Source: Malacoraja senta (taxonomy: Eukaryota). Taken from it: 60,000 nt of DNA. Positions 25,965 to 39,515 of this stretch are shown here, piece by piece. Both the position numbers and the translations under genes were made by a program. The DNA lies in NCBI GenBank assembly GCA_038087875.1, contig CM075989.1:7690001-7750000 (forward strand). The letters run 5' to 3'. Below the pieces are notes generated by a model. That model was not told the origin of the DNA. It searched no databases and worked only from the letters and a program-made list of their open reading frames with translations. How positions within the stretch are numbered: the stretch's first letter is position 1; the number at the start of each line of letters is the position of its first letter.

Positions 25965-28284
25965 GGTTATATTCGGTTCATGACAAGGATACGCAAGCTG
26001 CCATCCTATCTCTCGATGCTCAGAAGGCTTTCGATCAGATCGAATGGCCCTATATGCTAGAGACGTTAAAACAGTTTGGGTTCGGGATGAACTTTATAGA
26101 GTGGATTAAAATAATTTATTCAAATCCAGTATCTTCTATTCTGACTAACATAGAAAAATCCCAACCTTTTGACCTGCAGCACGGTGTGAGACAGGGTGAT
26201 CCCCTTTCTCCCCTGCTGTTTGATATCGCTTTAGAACCTCTTGCAATAGGAATCAGGGGTCACCCGGGTATTCATGGTGTAAAATTTGGTAATGTTGAGA
26301 GTCTTGTGAATTTATATGCAGATGATTTATTAATTTGTTTATCTGATCCGGTAGTGTCAGTTCCCAACCTAATGAACTACATTAAGTCATTTAGTAAACT
26401 GTCAGGATATACAATTAACTGGGATAAAAGTGAATGCATGCCCTTGACGAATAATTTGAGCCCTGCTTTCTTGAAATCTTTGCCATTTAAATTAGTTACC
26501 ACCCACTTTACCTATCTTGGACTGAAGATTTCCAGAAACCCCAAACTTCTACTTAAATTGATTTTTTTGGACATGGTAGACAAACTAAAAGCTAGCATTA
26601 GGTGCTGGAAGCTGCTTCCCCTCTCAATGATTGGTCGCATCAATGCTATTAAAATGGTTGCACTTCCAAGATTTTTGTATCTTTTCCAAAACCTTCCTGT
26701 CTACTTACCTTTGTCTTTTTTCAAACAACTGGATTCGGTTATACTCTCATTTGTCTGGGCAGACAAATCCCCTCGCATTGCTAAAGCCCACCTACAGAAA
26801 AATGTGGACAGGGGTGGCCTCGGCCTTCCGGTACTGAAGCATTACTACTGGGCTGCAAATGCGAGGGCTCTCACTTTCTGGCAGTGGGGCTTTCCTGATG
26901 ATGACCGGTCTGATGTTTCCCCACTCTGGCTAAAAATTGAATCCATGTTTGTTTCAGAGACCTCTCTCCCAGTGTTGCTCTTTTTCGGAGCACAGGTTCC
27001 CTACAAATTAGTTGGCCATAACTTCATTCTCAGAAACTCCGTAAGGATTCTGAATGAAATTTAAAAAAAATTTGGATTGGTAAATATCTCAGTGTATACC
27101 CCTATAGTACACAATCACTTGTTCAAACCGGCACTGATGGATAGAGTGTTTCTGGACTGGAGGGGGAAGGGGCTGTGTTGTATTGATGATCTCTACATAG
27201 ATAATAAATTTGCCTCATTTTTTCAGCTCCAAACTAAATATCGCCTTCCTCAACAACACTTCTATCGCTACCTTCAAGTCAGGCATTTTGTACGGGAGCG
27301 TATCCCAGAATTCATAGTCAAACCAAAAAGTCACATTCTTTATGATCTACTTCTCTCACAGCCTGACTCTAAACACTTGATCTCCCGCTTTGTCACTGCT
27401 TTTACGACACCAGTTGAAGCTGGTCATCTCAGGGAGGCCTGGGCTGCAGAATTGGGCACTCCTGTGTCAAATGAACTGTGGGAGGAAGGTTTGTCCGGTA
27501 TACAGAGTTGTTCTATTAGTTGTATATACAGATTAATTCAATTTAAAGTCTTGCATAGACTACATTATTCTGAAACCAAACTTAACAAGATTTTTGAATC
27601 GGTTTCCTCCATGTGTGACAGATGTGGTACTGCAGAAGGATCACTATCACATTTATTTTGGCACTGTCCAGTATTAAGTAATTTCTGGAGTGACATATTT
27701 AACTGTCGAATAAATATTCCGCCTGATTGTAATCTGACTATTTTTGGTTGCTCTGACAATACAAGAGCCCTTCCTTCCCACCAGAAGCAGATTCTTAGAG
27801 CAGGTATGGTTGCAGCTAAAAAAATAATATTACTAAATTGGAAGTCCCCACTCTCCCCATGTTTTAAGAGGTGGCTCAACGAAATGCTTTATATTGCTAA
27901 GATGGAACAGATTCGTTTTAACAAAGGGAATTTACAAAATTATTTTTTGAAGGTGTGGAAACCATTTTTGATTTTGCTTGAAGAGGCATAATTGTCTGAT
28001 CTGTTTATTTTGCTGCTGTGCTATGTCTTTAATCTGAGCGAACTTTGATCTTGCACTCTGATTGATATTCTGGCTGCCCCCCACTCGTTTTTTGTTGTTG
28101 TTTTTTTTTCTTTCTTTAATTGGTGTTTTTTGTTTTCTGTCTATTGTGTGTTCGTTATGATAAAATTTGAAAAAAAATGAAGCTGTACAATAATTGTATA
28201 ATGGTAGATGCCGAGCGATTTATCCTTGTACAATTGCTTCCAATAAAAATAAATAAATTAAAAAAAAATAAAAAAAATAATAAA
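25965..28284 (+). mobile_element. 5'-truncated L1-clade LINE (RT and C-terminal CCHC) with poly(A), inserted in a SINE
   Basis: LSLDAQKAFD, GVRQGDPLSPLLF, LYADD, GGLGLP, CDRCGTAEGSLSHLFWHC; AATAAA plus A-rich tail; 15-bp TSD aagttgtccctaggg (25950-25964 and 28285-28299). Confidence 0.93.
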
Positions 28285-28880
28285 AAGTTGTCCCTAGGGT
28301 GTAGGACTAGAACCGGTGTAAGGGTGATCGCTGGTCGGTGCAGCCTCGGTGGGCTGAGGGGCCTGTTTCCACACTGTATCTCTAAACCAAACCAACCTAG
28401 TTACCCTTTCAAATCTATTGTTTGCTTTCTTACCACTATACCAACTGCTTGGGTCAAAATCTGCACCATAGATTTACAAGAGCAGAGAGCAGGAGTAGCT
28501 CTTCACAGCTGCTCAGAGATTCATGGCTGATCTTCTCCCTCAGTCCCATACTCCTGCCCTGTCCCCATATCAATGCATTCCCTTAATGTCCAGACATCTA
28601 CCGAAGTCTGCTCTGAATTAACCTAGTGACTGGGTACGTCAAGCCCTCCAGAGGTAGAGGACTCGGATACCAATTTAGCGCAATCCCAGTCCGTAATGGC
28701 CTCCTCCTTAATGTGAGACCGTGACTCCTGATTTTAAACCCTTCCGCCAAGGAAAACATCCTCCATGCAACCACCACGTCAAGTGCTGCAAACGTCAACG
28801 AGATCTCCGATTCTTTTGATAATACGGGTTTTGTCAACACGTCTGCGGCCTATGGATTGCAAGCTGGGAAACAAGAGATA

Positions 28881-28950
28881 TTCTCGTGGAAAGGAAGTAT
28901 TTTCTCGTGAAATGGAGGACTTTTCTCGTGAAAAGGAGTCATTTTCTCGC
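28881..28950. repeat. 21-bp-period minisatellite (about 3.5 copies)
   Basis: ttctcg recurs at 28881, 28902, 28923 and 28944. Confidence 0.75.
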
Positions 28951-30654
28951 CTCCCATTCTCCTTCCCCACCTCTATCTTTCCGTCTGAAGAAGGGTACCG
29001 ATCCGAAACGTCACCTATTCATTTTCTCCAGAGATGCTGCCTGACCAGCTGAATTACTCCAGCATTTTGCATCTATCTTCGGTATAAACCAGCATTTTCA
29101 GTTCTTTCCTGCACAAGAGATGGCCACCTTTCTGAGCTGCACATTTCTACAATTGTAAAGACTTTTTATTAAGGTGGCGCATGAACTAACTCTGCAATGG
29201 GTCTCACTGACCTGGGACTACAGAATGAACAAGATAAATCCAGAGATTGTGTCGGAACAGAGTACATGCACAAAGGGGCGCAACGACAACATACGATTCG
29301 ACCCAGGAGCAACCTGACATTCACCTCCCCACTGACGCTCACGGTCGCTGTGAGGGATGAGGGCAGAGAATGCTGCCAGCAGTTGTTGGATTGCACAAGC
29401 TCAGGAGCCACTTTCACAACAGCTGCAAGAGACAAGACGAAACTTTTGCCGCTTACTGAAACGGATGTGTGGCATGCTTTCTGCTGAACTCATAACGACA
29501 CAAGGTTTCAGAACAGTCCCTGCGAGTGGCACTTGTGAAAGGCAACCCTTTCAGATCCAGTTTCTGTCACTGAAGTGCTCGAACCAAGAGCCGAGGTCAA
29601 AATCGCCACCAAAGTGTTCCACAAACCAGATTTTATTCGCCAGCAAACAATATCCCTTTAGCAATTGAAGGGAACAAGATGAAGGATGATTGAAGGCCCG
29701 GCGTCATGTCAAGTTGTTGGCTTACCCAGCCTTTTCTATACAACAGTCCTCACTCACACAAGTGGGCAACCGTGCCTGATGGCCAGCATTAGTACAGCGC
29801 TTACACTGAACCAGTTGCCAACCAATGCAACTCTTCCATATTCAACAGCTCATCCCTTTTACTTCACAATTTAGTTCCCCAAGGACGGGAAATCGATTTC
29901 CTTTGATAACCCCAGCCTGTAAAAGTTCAGAATGGCGAAAGAATCATCTAATCTGCCTTGCCGATGGCTGCATTGATTCAGGTTAGAACACACTTCAGTC
30001 TGAACAGAGAACAGACGCTGAAATGGGGAAGGCCAGTCCTCTACTCGTCAAGATATATTTAAATAAAGTTGTCCCCAGAGAGTGTTAAGTATTACATTTG
30101 TGCATGCTGCCAGTGGGATTTGATATCCCAGTGGGATTTGATATGTTAACTGATAAGCTAAGTATACAAATATAATTTAAAAGTTATATTATTTCAGTTT
30201 GAACGTTGGGCAGATCTGCAGAGGTGGATAACCATAAGGTTGTGTCTTTGAATAAACTAAATTGCCAAGGTTGCTAATGGTATCTGATGCTCTCTGACCC
30301 AGAGTAATGCAACGGGCTTTATTGATCTGTACCTCATGGCCAATATCAATATCAATCAATCAATATCAGTTTTATTCGTCACTTGCACATAAAGTGCAAG
30401 TGAAATGAATTTGCCAGCAGCGGTACAATGAAAAAAACCCACACAATAACACAATAAAAATTTAACACAAACATCCACCACAGCACTGTGGTGGAAGGCA
30501 CAAAAATTGGCCAGTCCAACATTTCAGTTCAAACATTTAATCCTCCGAGCCCAGTCCCCTTGATCACGTGCTGCCTAATCTGCCCTCACATCACTGCAAA
30601 CTCATCTGCCTCCTCTGCAGCCCTTTCCCACCTTCATTGATGGACGCAACCATC

Positions 30655-31090
30655 ACAAGTTATAGGAGTAGAATTAGGGCCATCGAGTCTACTCCGCCAT
30701 TCAATCATGGTTGATTTCTGCCTCCGAATCCCATTTTCTGGCCTTCTCCCCATAACCCTTAACACCCGTTCTAATCAAGAACTTGTCTATCTCTGCCTTA
30801 AAAATATCCACTGACTTGGCCTCCACAGCCCTCTGTGGCAATGAGTTCCACAGATTAACTACACTCTGACTATAGAAGTTCCTACTCACCTCTTTTCTAA
30901 AAGAGTGCCCTTTAATTCCAAGCCTATGACTTCTAGTCCTAGACTTTCCCACCAGTGGAAACATCCTTTCCACATCCACTCTTTCGATGCCTTTCATTAT
31001 TCTGTAGGTTGCAATGAGGACCCCCCCCCCAACCTTCTAAACTCCAGCGAGTAGAGGCCCAGTGTTGTCAAACGCTCAATCCTGGAATCA
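30655..31090 (-). mobile_element. CR1 3' fragment
   Basis: RVDVERMFPLVGKSRTRSH...VVNLWNSLP on the minus strand. Confidence 0.85.
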
Positions 31091-31455
31091 CCTCACATGA
31101 CTGTGTGCATCCTTGGGCATATTCCCCAGGACTGCTTCCCGTCTACTCCTCCCTCCACATCGAACTCCATAGCCCCAGCCCTTTGCTCTAACTATGCATT
31201 CCATGGCTTTTACTGATACCAGAGGTCTCCTGACTCTTTCCCCTCCTCAATCACACAAGGGGTTGGCAACACTGTAAAAAAACAGCAGTTGTGTTCTCTT
31301 TAACCAACTCTGGACCTTGTGTGTAACTGGCCCCTTCCCGACAGTAGTGGACCACTACATGTTTGTGGGACTGAGTTAAGTTGAATTTTGTTTATTTACA
31401 CATGTACAGAGGTACAATGAAAAGGTTACATTGCGTGCTAACCAGTCAGCTGAAG

Positions 31456-31930
31456 CAAAGATCCTATAGCGGAGCAAGATAGACCACTCCTTCTAAATGC
31501 AATGGGCTGACGTGTAGTACGCAACGGAGCGGAACGTGGGCCTTTTTTTCATCCATTTCAGTAACCCGAACCGACCCGACCCGACTCGCAGTGTAATCAA
31601 CGTTGCGGGGGAACAGTTTGTGTTAGTAAATTATAATTCTGAAAATGAGGAGAATATTTTTACCAAAGAACTTTTATTTTTAGGAGGATGTTTCCGTAAC
31701 TGACGAAAAAGACGTAGTACGGTCATGGGCAGATTCATGGGTAATTTTCGGCCCCATTTCCGTAACCGGCTTCCGTCTCCGCACTAGTATCTTTGCTCCG
31801 CAATGGGATCTTTGGTGCGGAGACGGAAGCCGGTTACGGAAATGCAGCCGAAAATTACCCATGAATCTGCCCGTGACCGTACTACGTCTTTTTCGTCGAG
31901 TGATCTATCTTGCTTGCTATAGTATCTTTG
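31456..31930. mobile_element. Non-autonomous hAT-like MITE with an internal hairpin
   Basis: TIR caaagatcctatagcggagcaagatagaccactc and gagtgatctatcttgcttgctatagtatctttg; 8-bp flanks agctgaag and agcggaag. Confidence 0.8.
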
Positions 31931-34504
31931 AGCGGAAGGACCATACAAGATTACAATCGAGCCATCCACATTTCACAGATACATGATAAAGGGAATAAGT
32001 TGAATAATATATAGTCCAAGATAAAGTATAATTGGAGTCACATACATCGTTATGAACAACATTTCACCTTCACTAAGCACCAGTGATTGCTCTCTAAACA
32101 AAATTATTAATAAAAACAAAACCTTTGGCCACTCATCTCATGTTCAAGTGGGATGTGGCAAGAACAAACTGGATTTGTGATTTATGAGTCACCGTACTAC
32201 AAAAAATTATGAAATGTGTGAAGCATTTGGAAGATATTTGAAAGATATGTAGAGGAATTAAATCAACATTTCAGCTTGCTGAGTTTAGTCTAGTTGCAAA
32301 ATGACTAAGACACTCAAATAAAAGCTATTTCTGAATTTCAGTTCAACCTGAAATTTAAAAACCGTGCATCTTAGACCATGGAGTTCGGCGAATATACTGA
32401 ATAAATTAACCCACACAACTTGCACTGGAATGGCACTCAAGTGAAGTTCCACAATCCAACACCTTCGCACCGTGATTGGTGGCGAGGCTCCAAGGATTGG
32501 ATCTTTAAACAGACAGATCTGGAGTGGTGTAAGGCAGGAGGTTCAGCTCTTCCTGTCAAGTGGGAAGTCACTCCTTTATCCATTCAACAAACGTTGCTCA
32601 AAGTACCGTCACAGCTTGTGAGGTCCCTGCCTTTTCCTTATTCTCCATTATAACTTCTCCCGCCTCAGTCTGTAAGGAACCAGGCCATGGTTGAGTAACA
32701 CATAAATTATAGCCCCTCTCTGCACCAACCTGGAATTCAAAATCCCTCAGACAGTGGTGGTGGTGGAGGCAGATATGATAGTTATGTTTAAGAGGCTAAA
32801 AGCCTGGATATGCAGTGAATAGAGGGATTGGCATCATGTTCAGGCAAAGATTAGTTCATCAAGGCATCATGTTAGGCACGGACAATGTAGGATGAAGGAT
32901 CAGGAGTGTTTTATTGTCATATGTTATATGTCCCAGAGAGAAAATATTTTTTTTTCCTTGCAGCAGCACAACAGAATATATTGTACAGAATATAACAGAA
33001 CAGGTGATGGGCCTGCTACTGTGCTGCCTTGTTCTATTTTCTAATGCAAGTTTTCACTAAATCATTTAGTCAGATTACAGCTGTATTGAGATAAAGTAAT
33101 GTAGGTTGATAAGTTGCCTGCCTATGGTGACAACACCTTACAGCCAACACTGAAAGAATAAATACATAGCTCACGTTTAACTCTCTAAAGTATGAAAAAC
33201 CCAGACAGGGAGAATGGTCCAGCCACATATATTACAGAAGAATATTATTAGATCAAAGGATTTTTTTTTTAATGTTCCCAAAAAAAGCAGCAACTTCAGG
33301 ATTGAGACCATTTTGACATTCAGCAAAGTTGGTTGTCAAGGCAACGATGTGCAGAGTACAGGATTGATCTCTCAAATAGCAGAAACGGACTGTGGCATGA
33401 GAAGGCTTGCAAAAGTTAACGAAGGTCCCTCGCAGGCTGAGGCAGGAGATGTTATATTGGAGAATAAGGAATTGGGGGGGGAAATTAAATAAATATCTTG
33501 TGTCTGCTTTCACGTTGACACAGAATGTCGAGAGTAAATGTGCGGCACAATGAGATTAACATAAATAAATATAGTGTTAGAGAAAATAACGGGACAGAAA
33601 TTGATATCCGCATGGCAGAGTTCGAGGAAAGTGCAACGGCCATGTGGATGCACAAATCATCGCAATATTTCCCAGACTAGAATGATTTCTACAAGGAGGA
33701 AGTTTCAAATACAACCCCCTTAGGAATGGAGAGGGATGAGAGAAGGCAATTTGCTTTAAATTAGTAGGACAGAAAATTCTGTGATCTTTTATTAAGGAAA
33801 TATCAAAGGGGCATTTAGAAAATTATAAATGCAGCGGGCTCAACATGGACTTCTGAAAGGGAAATCCTGTTTGACAAACCCACTTTTTAAAATTTTAAAC
33901 GAGGATAGAACACAGAACAGCACAGGAACAGGGCTGTGGACCACAATGTCTGTGCCAAACCTGATGGCAAGATCAACCCTTATCTGCCTGAACATAATCC
34001 ATATCTATGTACCAATCCAAAAGTCTCTTCAATTGTATCTGAATCCATCACCACCACCCCCCGCAGCTTGTTCTGGGCACTCACCTCTCTCTCTCTCTCT
34101 CTCTCTGTGGGAAAATAAACTTGCCGCACACTTCTCCTTGTAACAGAAATGACAAGGATAAAATCAGATGAGCGGAGTGAGATGACAACAGGCCTTTGTG
34201 AAGGCTCCACACAAAAGGTTATTGAACGAAATAAGAAATCAAAAAAGTGATCTGGTGGTGTATTCATTTGGGTTGAGCATTGTTTGAGCACAGAATAAAG
34301 GAGTCATTTTTGGGGCAGGAATACAGCACGCAGTGGAGAGCCACAGGATCGGTGCTGGGCTCCCAGCCGGACTCACAGGGGGGGAGCAGTGAGAGACGGT
34401 CTCACAGAACTCCCATCAGAGAGAGGAGTATTTCTTCCAAGTAACCATACTTTGAGATAATTTGTGATATATCCAAGCTGGGTGATGATACAAAGCTGGG
34501 TGGT

Positions 34505-34742
34505 TTAAGTTTGGTTTAGTTTAGTTTAGGGATACAGCGTGGAAACAGGCCTTTCGGCCCACCGAGTCCACGCCGACCAGCGATCCCTGTACACTCCCCG
34601 GAGTGTGGGAGGAAACTGGAGGAAACCCATGCAGGTCATGGGGAGAACATACAAACTCCAAACAGACAAACCACCCATACTCAGGATCGAACATGGGTCT
34701 CTGCCTCTGTAAGGAATCAACTCTACCACTGCACCACCGTGC
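34505..34742 (-). mobile_element. tRNA-derived SINE (HE1/V-SINE-like), internally deleted
   Basis: Reverse-complement tail and head. Confidence 0.75.
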
Positions 34743-34933
34743 TGTAACCTTGCATGTGTTGCAGGGAGGAGGGAGAGGCTTCAGGGGGTTCAGGCAGGTC
34801 AGACACACAAGAAAACATTGAGCCAAAGGTCCCTCTTAACTTTATACCCTCTCAACTTAAGGCGATGCCCTCTAGTTTTAGAATCTTCTAACCTGGGAAA
34901 AAGATTACAAGCATTCACCTTGTCCTTGTGCTT

Positions 34934-36690
34934 CAAGTCAAGTCAAGTCACATTTATTTATATAGCACATTTAAAAAACAACTCTCGTTGGCCAAAGTGC
35001 TTTACATTTGTTATAAGAAATAGCACAACAAAACAAACTACATACATATATACATGTAGCCCTCACTCAGAGAACGTCAGGAAAGGCTTGGGAGTATAGA
35101 TAAGTCTTTAGTCTTGACTTAAAAGAGTCGATGGAGGGGGCGGTTCTGATGGGAAAGGGGATGCTGTTCCACAGTCTAGGGGCTGCAACCGCAAAGGCGC
35201 GGTCGCCCCTGAGCTTATGCCTAGACCGTGGGATATTCAGCAACCCCAAGTCGGCCGATCTGAGGGGCCTGGAGGTGGAGTGGTGGGTGAGAAGACTTTT
35301 TATGTAGGTGGAGGCAAGCCCATTGAGGGCTTTGTAGACATGGAGGAGGATCTTGAAGTTTATACGGAACCGCACAGGGAGCCAGTGGAGAGAGGCCAGG
35401 ATCGGGGTGATGTGGTCCCTTTTTCGGGTGCCTGTCAGGAGTCTCGCTGCGGCGTTTTGGACCAGTTGCAGGCGGGACAGGGAAGATTGGCTGATGCCAG
35501 TGTAAAGGGAGTTGCAGTAATCTAGGCGGGAGGAGATGAATGTGTGGATGATCTTTTCCAGGTCATCAAACTGGAGGAATTGTTTTATTTTAGCTATCGT
35601 CCGAAGCTGAAAGAAGCTAGCTTTTACCACGGCATTGACTTGTTTGTCAAATTTCAGTGCTGAGTCAAATATCACGCCAAGGTTTTTGACGTGAGGTTTG
35701 AGTAGTGGGGTAAGGCTTCCAAGGCTGCCTGCTATCATTTTGATTGAGTCCGAGGGGCCGAGAAGGATGACCTCAGACTTACTCTCGTTTAGTTGGAGGA
35801 AGTTCTGGGCCATCCAACACTTTATATCCTCGAGGCAGTGGGTATAAGGTTAAACAGATTTGATTGGTTTTTGGGCTTCAGGGGGAGATAGAGTTGTGTA
35901 TCGTCTGCGTAGCAATGGAAGGAAATGCCGTGCCTTTCAATGGCCTAAGGGGAGCATATACAGGGAGAAGAGAATGGGGCCAAGGATAGAACCTTGTGGA
36001 ACCCCACAGCAGAGATTAGCTGGGGAGGAGAATGAGTTGCCTATGTTAGTCGAGAAACCCCTACCTTTGAGGTAGGAGATGAACCAGCTCAGGGCAGTGC
36101 AATCAATACCAACCCCATACCGGAGACGGTCAATTAGGATGGTATGGTCGACAGTATCAAATGCTGCGCTGAGGTCAAGAAGGAGCAGAATTGCACAGTC
36201 GCCGGAGTCAACGGTGAGCAGTAGGTCATTATTTACCTTCAACAAGGCAGACTCTGTGCTATGGTGAGCCCTGAAACCTGATTGGAAAGTTTCCAAGATA
36301 GTGTCTTGGTGAAGGTAAGGTACAAGTTGACTTAAAATTACCTTTTCAAGGGCTTTTGAGAGGAAAGGCAGTTTAGAAATGAGTCTGTAGTTGCTTGGCA
36401 AGGTGGGGTCGAGGTTTGTTTTTTTCAGGAGTGGTTGGACCACCGCATGCTTGAAGCAGGTCGGTACAGTGCCAGTGGCCAGAGAGCTGTTGAAGATGGC
36501 GAGGATGCTGGGACCAGCTGTTGTAATGACGTCCTTTAGGAGGGCAGAGGGGACAGGTAGTAGGTTTCATGGTGGTGATCAGTTTTACAAGGGAGGGTAA
36601 ACGGGTTGGAAACTGTCTAATTTTGAAGAGCAGACCAATGAGACAGCCAGGTCACGGGTGGGAGGGGAAATATTCGTTCTTATATTCATG
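34934..36690 (-). mobile_element. L2-clade LINE, 5'-truncated RT and 3' end
   Basis: [74 protein letters not shown]; (cttga)n tail. Confidence 0.92.
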
Positions 36691-37129
36691 ATATTGTACA
36701 TGTGATATTGTTAAGGCGGGGAGATTTAATAGGAACCTGAGGGGTAACTTTTTCCCACAGTGGTAGCTGTATGGAATGAGCTGCCAGAAGAGGTAGTTGA
36801 GGCAGGGATTATCGCAATGTTGAAGAAACAATTAGACAGGTACACAGATAGGACAGGTTTAGAGGGATATGGGCCAAACCCAGGCAGGTGAGACTAGTGT
36901 AGATGGGACATGTTGGTCGGTGTGGGCAAGTTGTGCCGAAAGGCCTGTTTCCGCACTGTATGATTCTATGACATCAATAAAGCCAGCCCTCAGCCTCCTA
37001 TGCTCCACAGAAAAACAAGTCTCAGTCTATCCACCTTCTCCCTGTTACTCAATTCCGCAAGCCCAGGTAACATCTTGGTGAATCCTCATTGTATCCATTT
37101 GAACTTAATGACATTATAATAATAACATT

Positions 37130-37593
37130 TTACAAGAATGATCCCAGTAATGAGTAGGTTAACCTATGATGAGCATTTGTCAGAACTGGGCCTGTACTCG
37201 CTGGAGTTTAGAAGGGGGGACCTCATTGAAACATACAGAATGGTGAAAAGCTTGGATAGAGTGGATGTGGAGAGGATGTTTCCACCAATGGGAGAGTCTA
37301 GGACTAGAGGTCATAGCCTCAGAATTAAAGGACGTGCTTTTAGGAAGGAGATGGGGAGTCATTTCTTTAGTCAGAGGGTGGAATCTTTGCCACAGATGGC
37401 CGTGGAGGCCGTCAGTGGATATTTTTAAGGCAGAGATCGATACATTCTTGATTAGTACAGGTGTCGGAGGTTATGCGGAGAAGGCAGGAGAATGGCGTTA
37501 GGAGAAAGAGATAGATCAGCCATGATTAAATGGTGGAGTAGACTTGATGGGCCAAATGGTCTAATTCTACCCCTATCACATATGACCTTATGA
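37130..37593 (+). mobile_element. CR1 3' fragment
   Basis: LGLYSLEFRRGDLIETY...RTRGHSLRIKG. Confidence 0.85.
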
Positions 37594-38439
37594 CATCCAT
37601 CCCACAGTGGGGCAACCCAAACTGCCTCAAGTACTCAAGAGTGAAGTGTTTAATTGTCATATATACCAAAACAGAACAATTGTCACTTCATAACAAGTCT
37701 GTAAACACAGTACTCAATGGATAATAAACCAAAGAAAGTACAATAAATAAAAAAACCATTAGTCACAAGTTGTCACGACTCAACAGCAGTGTGGAAAATG
37801 TGAGGTTACCACTTTAACAGAAACATGTGGAAAAGTAAATAGTGAGAGATTGAAAGGGCCAAGTGAAGGAAGCTACGTGGCATCTAGATGAAGGTTCTGA
37901 CCCAAAACGTTATCTGTCCATTTCCCTCCTCAGATGCTGCCTGACCTGCTTGTGTCCTTTCAGCAGACTGGATTGTTTTTAAACTCAAGTCCAGCATCCG
38001 CAGTCTCTTGTCTACCTAATGATACTTTGGGTTGCATTGCAAGATGACTCGAGTACAGGAATACAGACATCTTGTTCAAATTAAGTAGACCACAACAGGA
38101 ATGGGTCTAAGAACGCGTGTGGTTGTGAATGAGGAAATGCAGGGATGGTTTTTCACATTGATTCCTGCAGCGACAGACTAACTCCAGCCTGAACTGTCTT
38201 AAGTTTAGCAGAATGAGCGGTGACATCACTGGGAGTTACAGGGTCGATATCAAGTGTGTAGGAAGGAACTGCAGATGCTGGTTTACACCGAAGATATACA
38301 CACAAAATGCAGGGGTAACTCGGCGGGTGGGTCAGGCAACATCTCTGACATTATACCCTGAAGATAGACACAAAACGCTGGAGTAACTCAGCGGGTCAGG
38401 CGACTGTGAGATGCAAGCATTTTGTATCTATCTTCAAGG

Positions 38440-39180
38440 TAGATGTCAATCCTGGCCCCTCGCCCTCACGGGGATCTGGGTGCATTGCAGTTCATTCCAG
38501 AGGAGAAGCTGGATACGTAAACACAAGAGGTGTAGAGACACCGGCACCAGGGAGCACGACCCTCCGGCGGGGGTCTCCCACTGAGCGGCTCCGCTCCGCA
38601 CTGCACCCCTCCTGATCCCGTACCCGGGGTGGTCCGGAGACGACCACAAGGCAACTGTATCTCACCTCCGCCCACAACTCCATCCCCAGGCCCCCGAGCG
38701 GGACGAGCAGCGGGTCTCCCCTTACTCACCTGGACACTTTGCTGGCGATGAGTGCGGGAGAGGCGGACAGGCTCCTGCACTTGGCCCTGCCGCGGAGCAG
38801 GGAGCACAGCCCTCTCTCCAGCTCCCGGGGCTGCGGCTGAGGCCCGGCCGGGACACCCGGGCTTGCCTCCTCCATCCCCGCCGTGTCAGGGAGCCGGGTC
38901 GGCGGTGACAGCCCTCGCTGCAGTCCAGGCCCAGCCCGGCTCCGATTGGCAACACAGGGCGACTCGCTACAGGCGCTCCGCCTGCTACAATGTATCAGCG
39001 CCTCCCCCCCCCGCCCGCTCGTAATACCGTAATACCCCGACACCAGCCGGCCCGCCCGCCGCCCTGGCCAGGCTGCAAGTGAAGCAGAGGGCCTCAGATC
39101 AGGAGGGTTACTGCCAGGACATTGTCCATCGCGCTGAGATCCGCAAAGCGGCCACCTAGCCATGGAGCATCGTAAAGCAT
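38440..39180 (-). promoter_or_regulatory. CpG island and probable NADK promoter (CCAAT box 38945-38949, GC boxes near 39000-39062)
   Basis: CpG-dense, repeat-free GC-rich stretch spanning the first coding exon; CCAAT on the minus strand about 70 nt upstream of the ATG; GGGCGG motifs. Confidence 0.75.
38730..38875 (-). CDS. NADK: NAD kinase, first coding exon
   Basis: MEEASPGVPAGPQPQPRELERGLCSLLRGRAKCRSLSASPALIASKVS(R) matches human NADK IRGRAKSRSLSASPALGSTKEFR; donor AG|gtgagt; phase 2 joins the 13598-13681 exon in frame. Confidence 0.9.
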
Positions 39181-39515
39181 GGAGACAGGCCCTTCGGCCC
39201 ACCTTATCCATGCTGACCAAGTGAATATGTTGGCTGGTCCCCTTTGCCTGCATTTGGCCCATAAACCTGTACGTCTTTGCAGTGTGGGAGCAAACCAGAG
39301 TACCCGGAGAAACATACGTGGTCATGGGGAGAACGTACAAACTTCATACACACAGTACTGGTGCTGTAAGGTCTCTGGTATGTGCCATTGTGTTCTTATG
39401 ATGTTCTTGGGCATCACAGTTTGGATATTCCCCACACAGCCAGTGCCAGGTGATCTGAGATTGGTGATTGACCAGGGAATTGCACTCATGGGCAGAGGTG
39501 TGGGCAGAGTATGAG

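Noticed and set aside
29325..29422. 98-nt cassette or poison exon in NADK intron 1
   Set aside because: It has plausible splice sites but is out of frame with no homology; it cannot be distinguished from a pseudo-exon without RNA data.
38726..39340. 204-aa ORF as the full NADK N-terminus
   Set aside because: The upstream part runs through a SINE and the promoter; only the part from ATG 38875 resembles a real exon.
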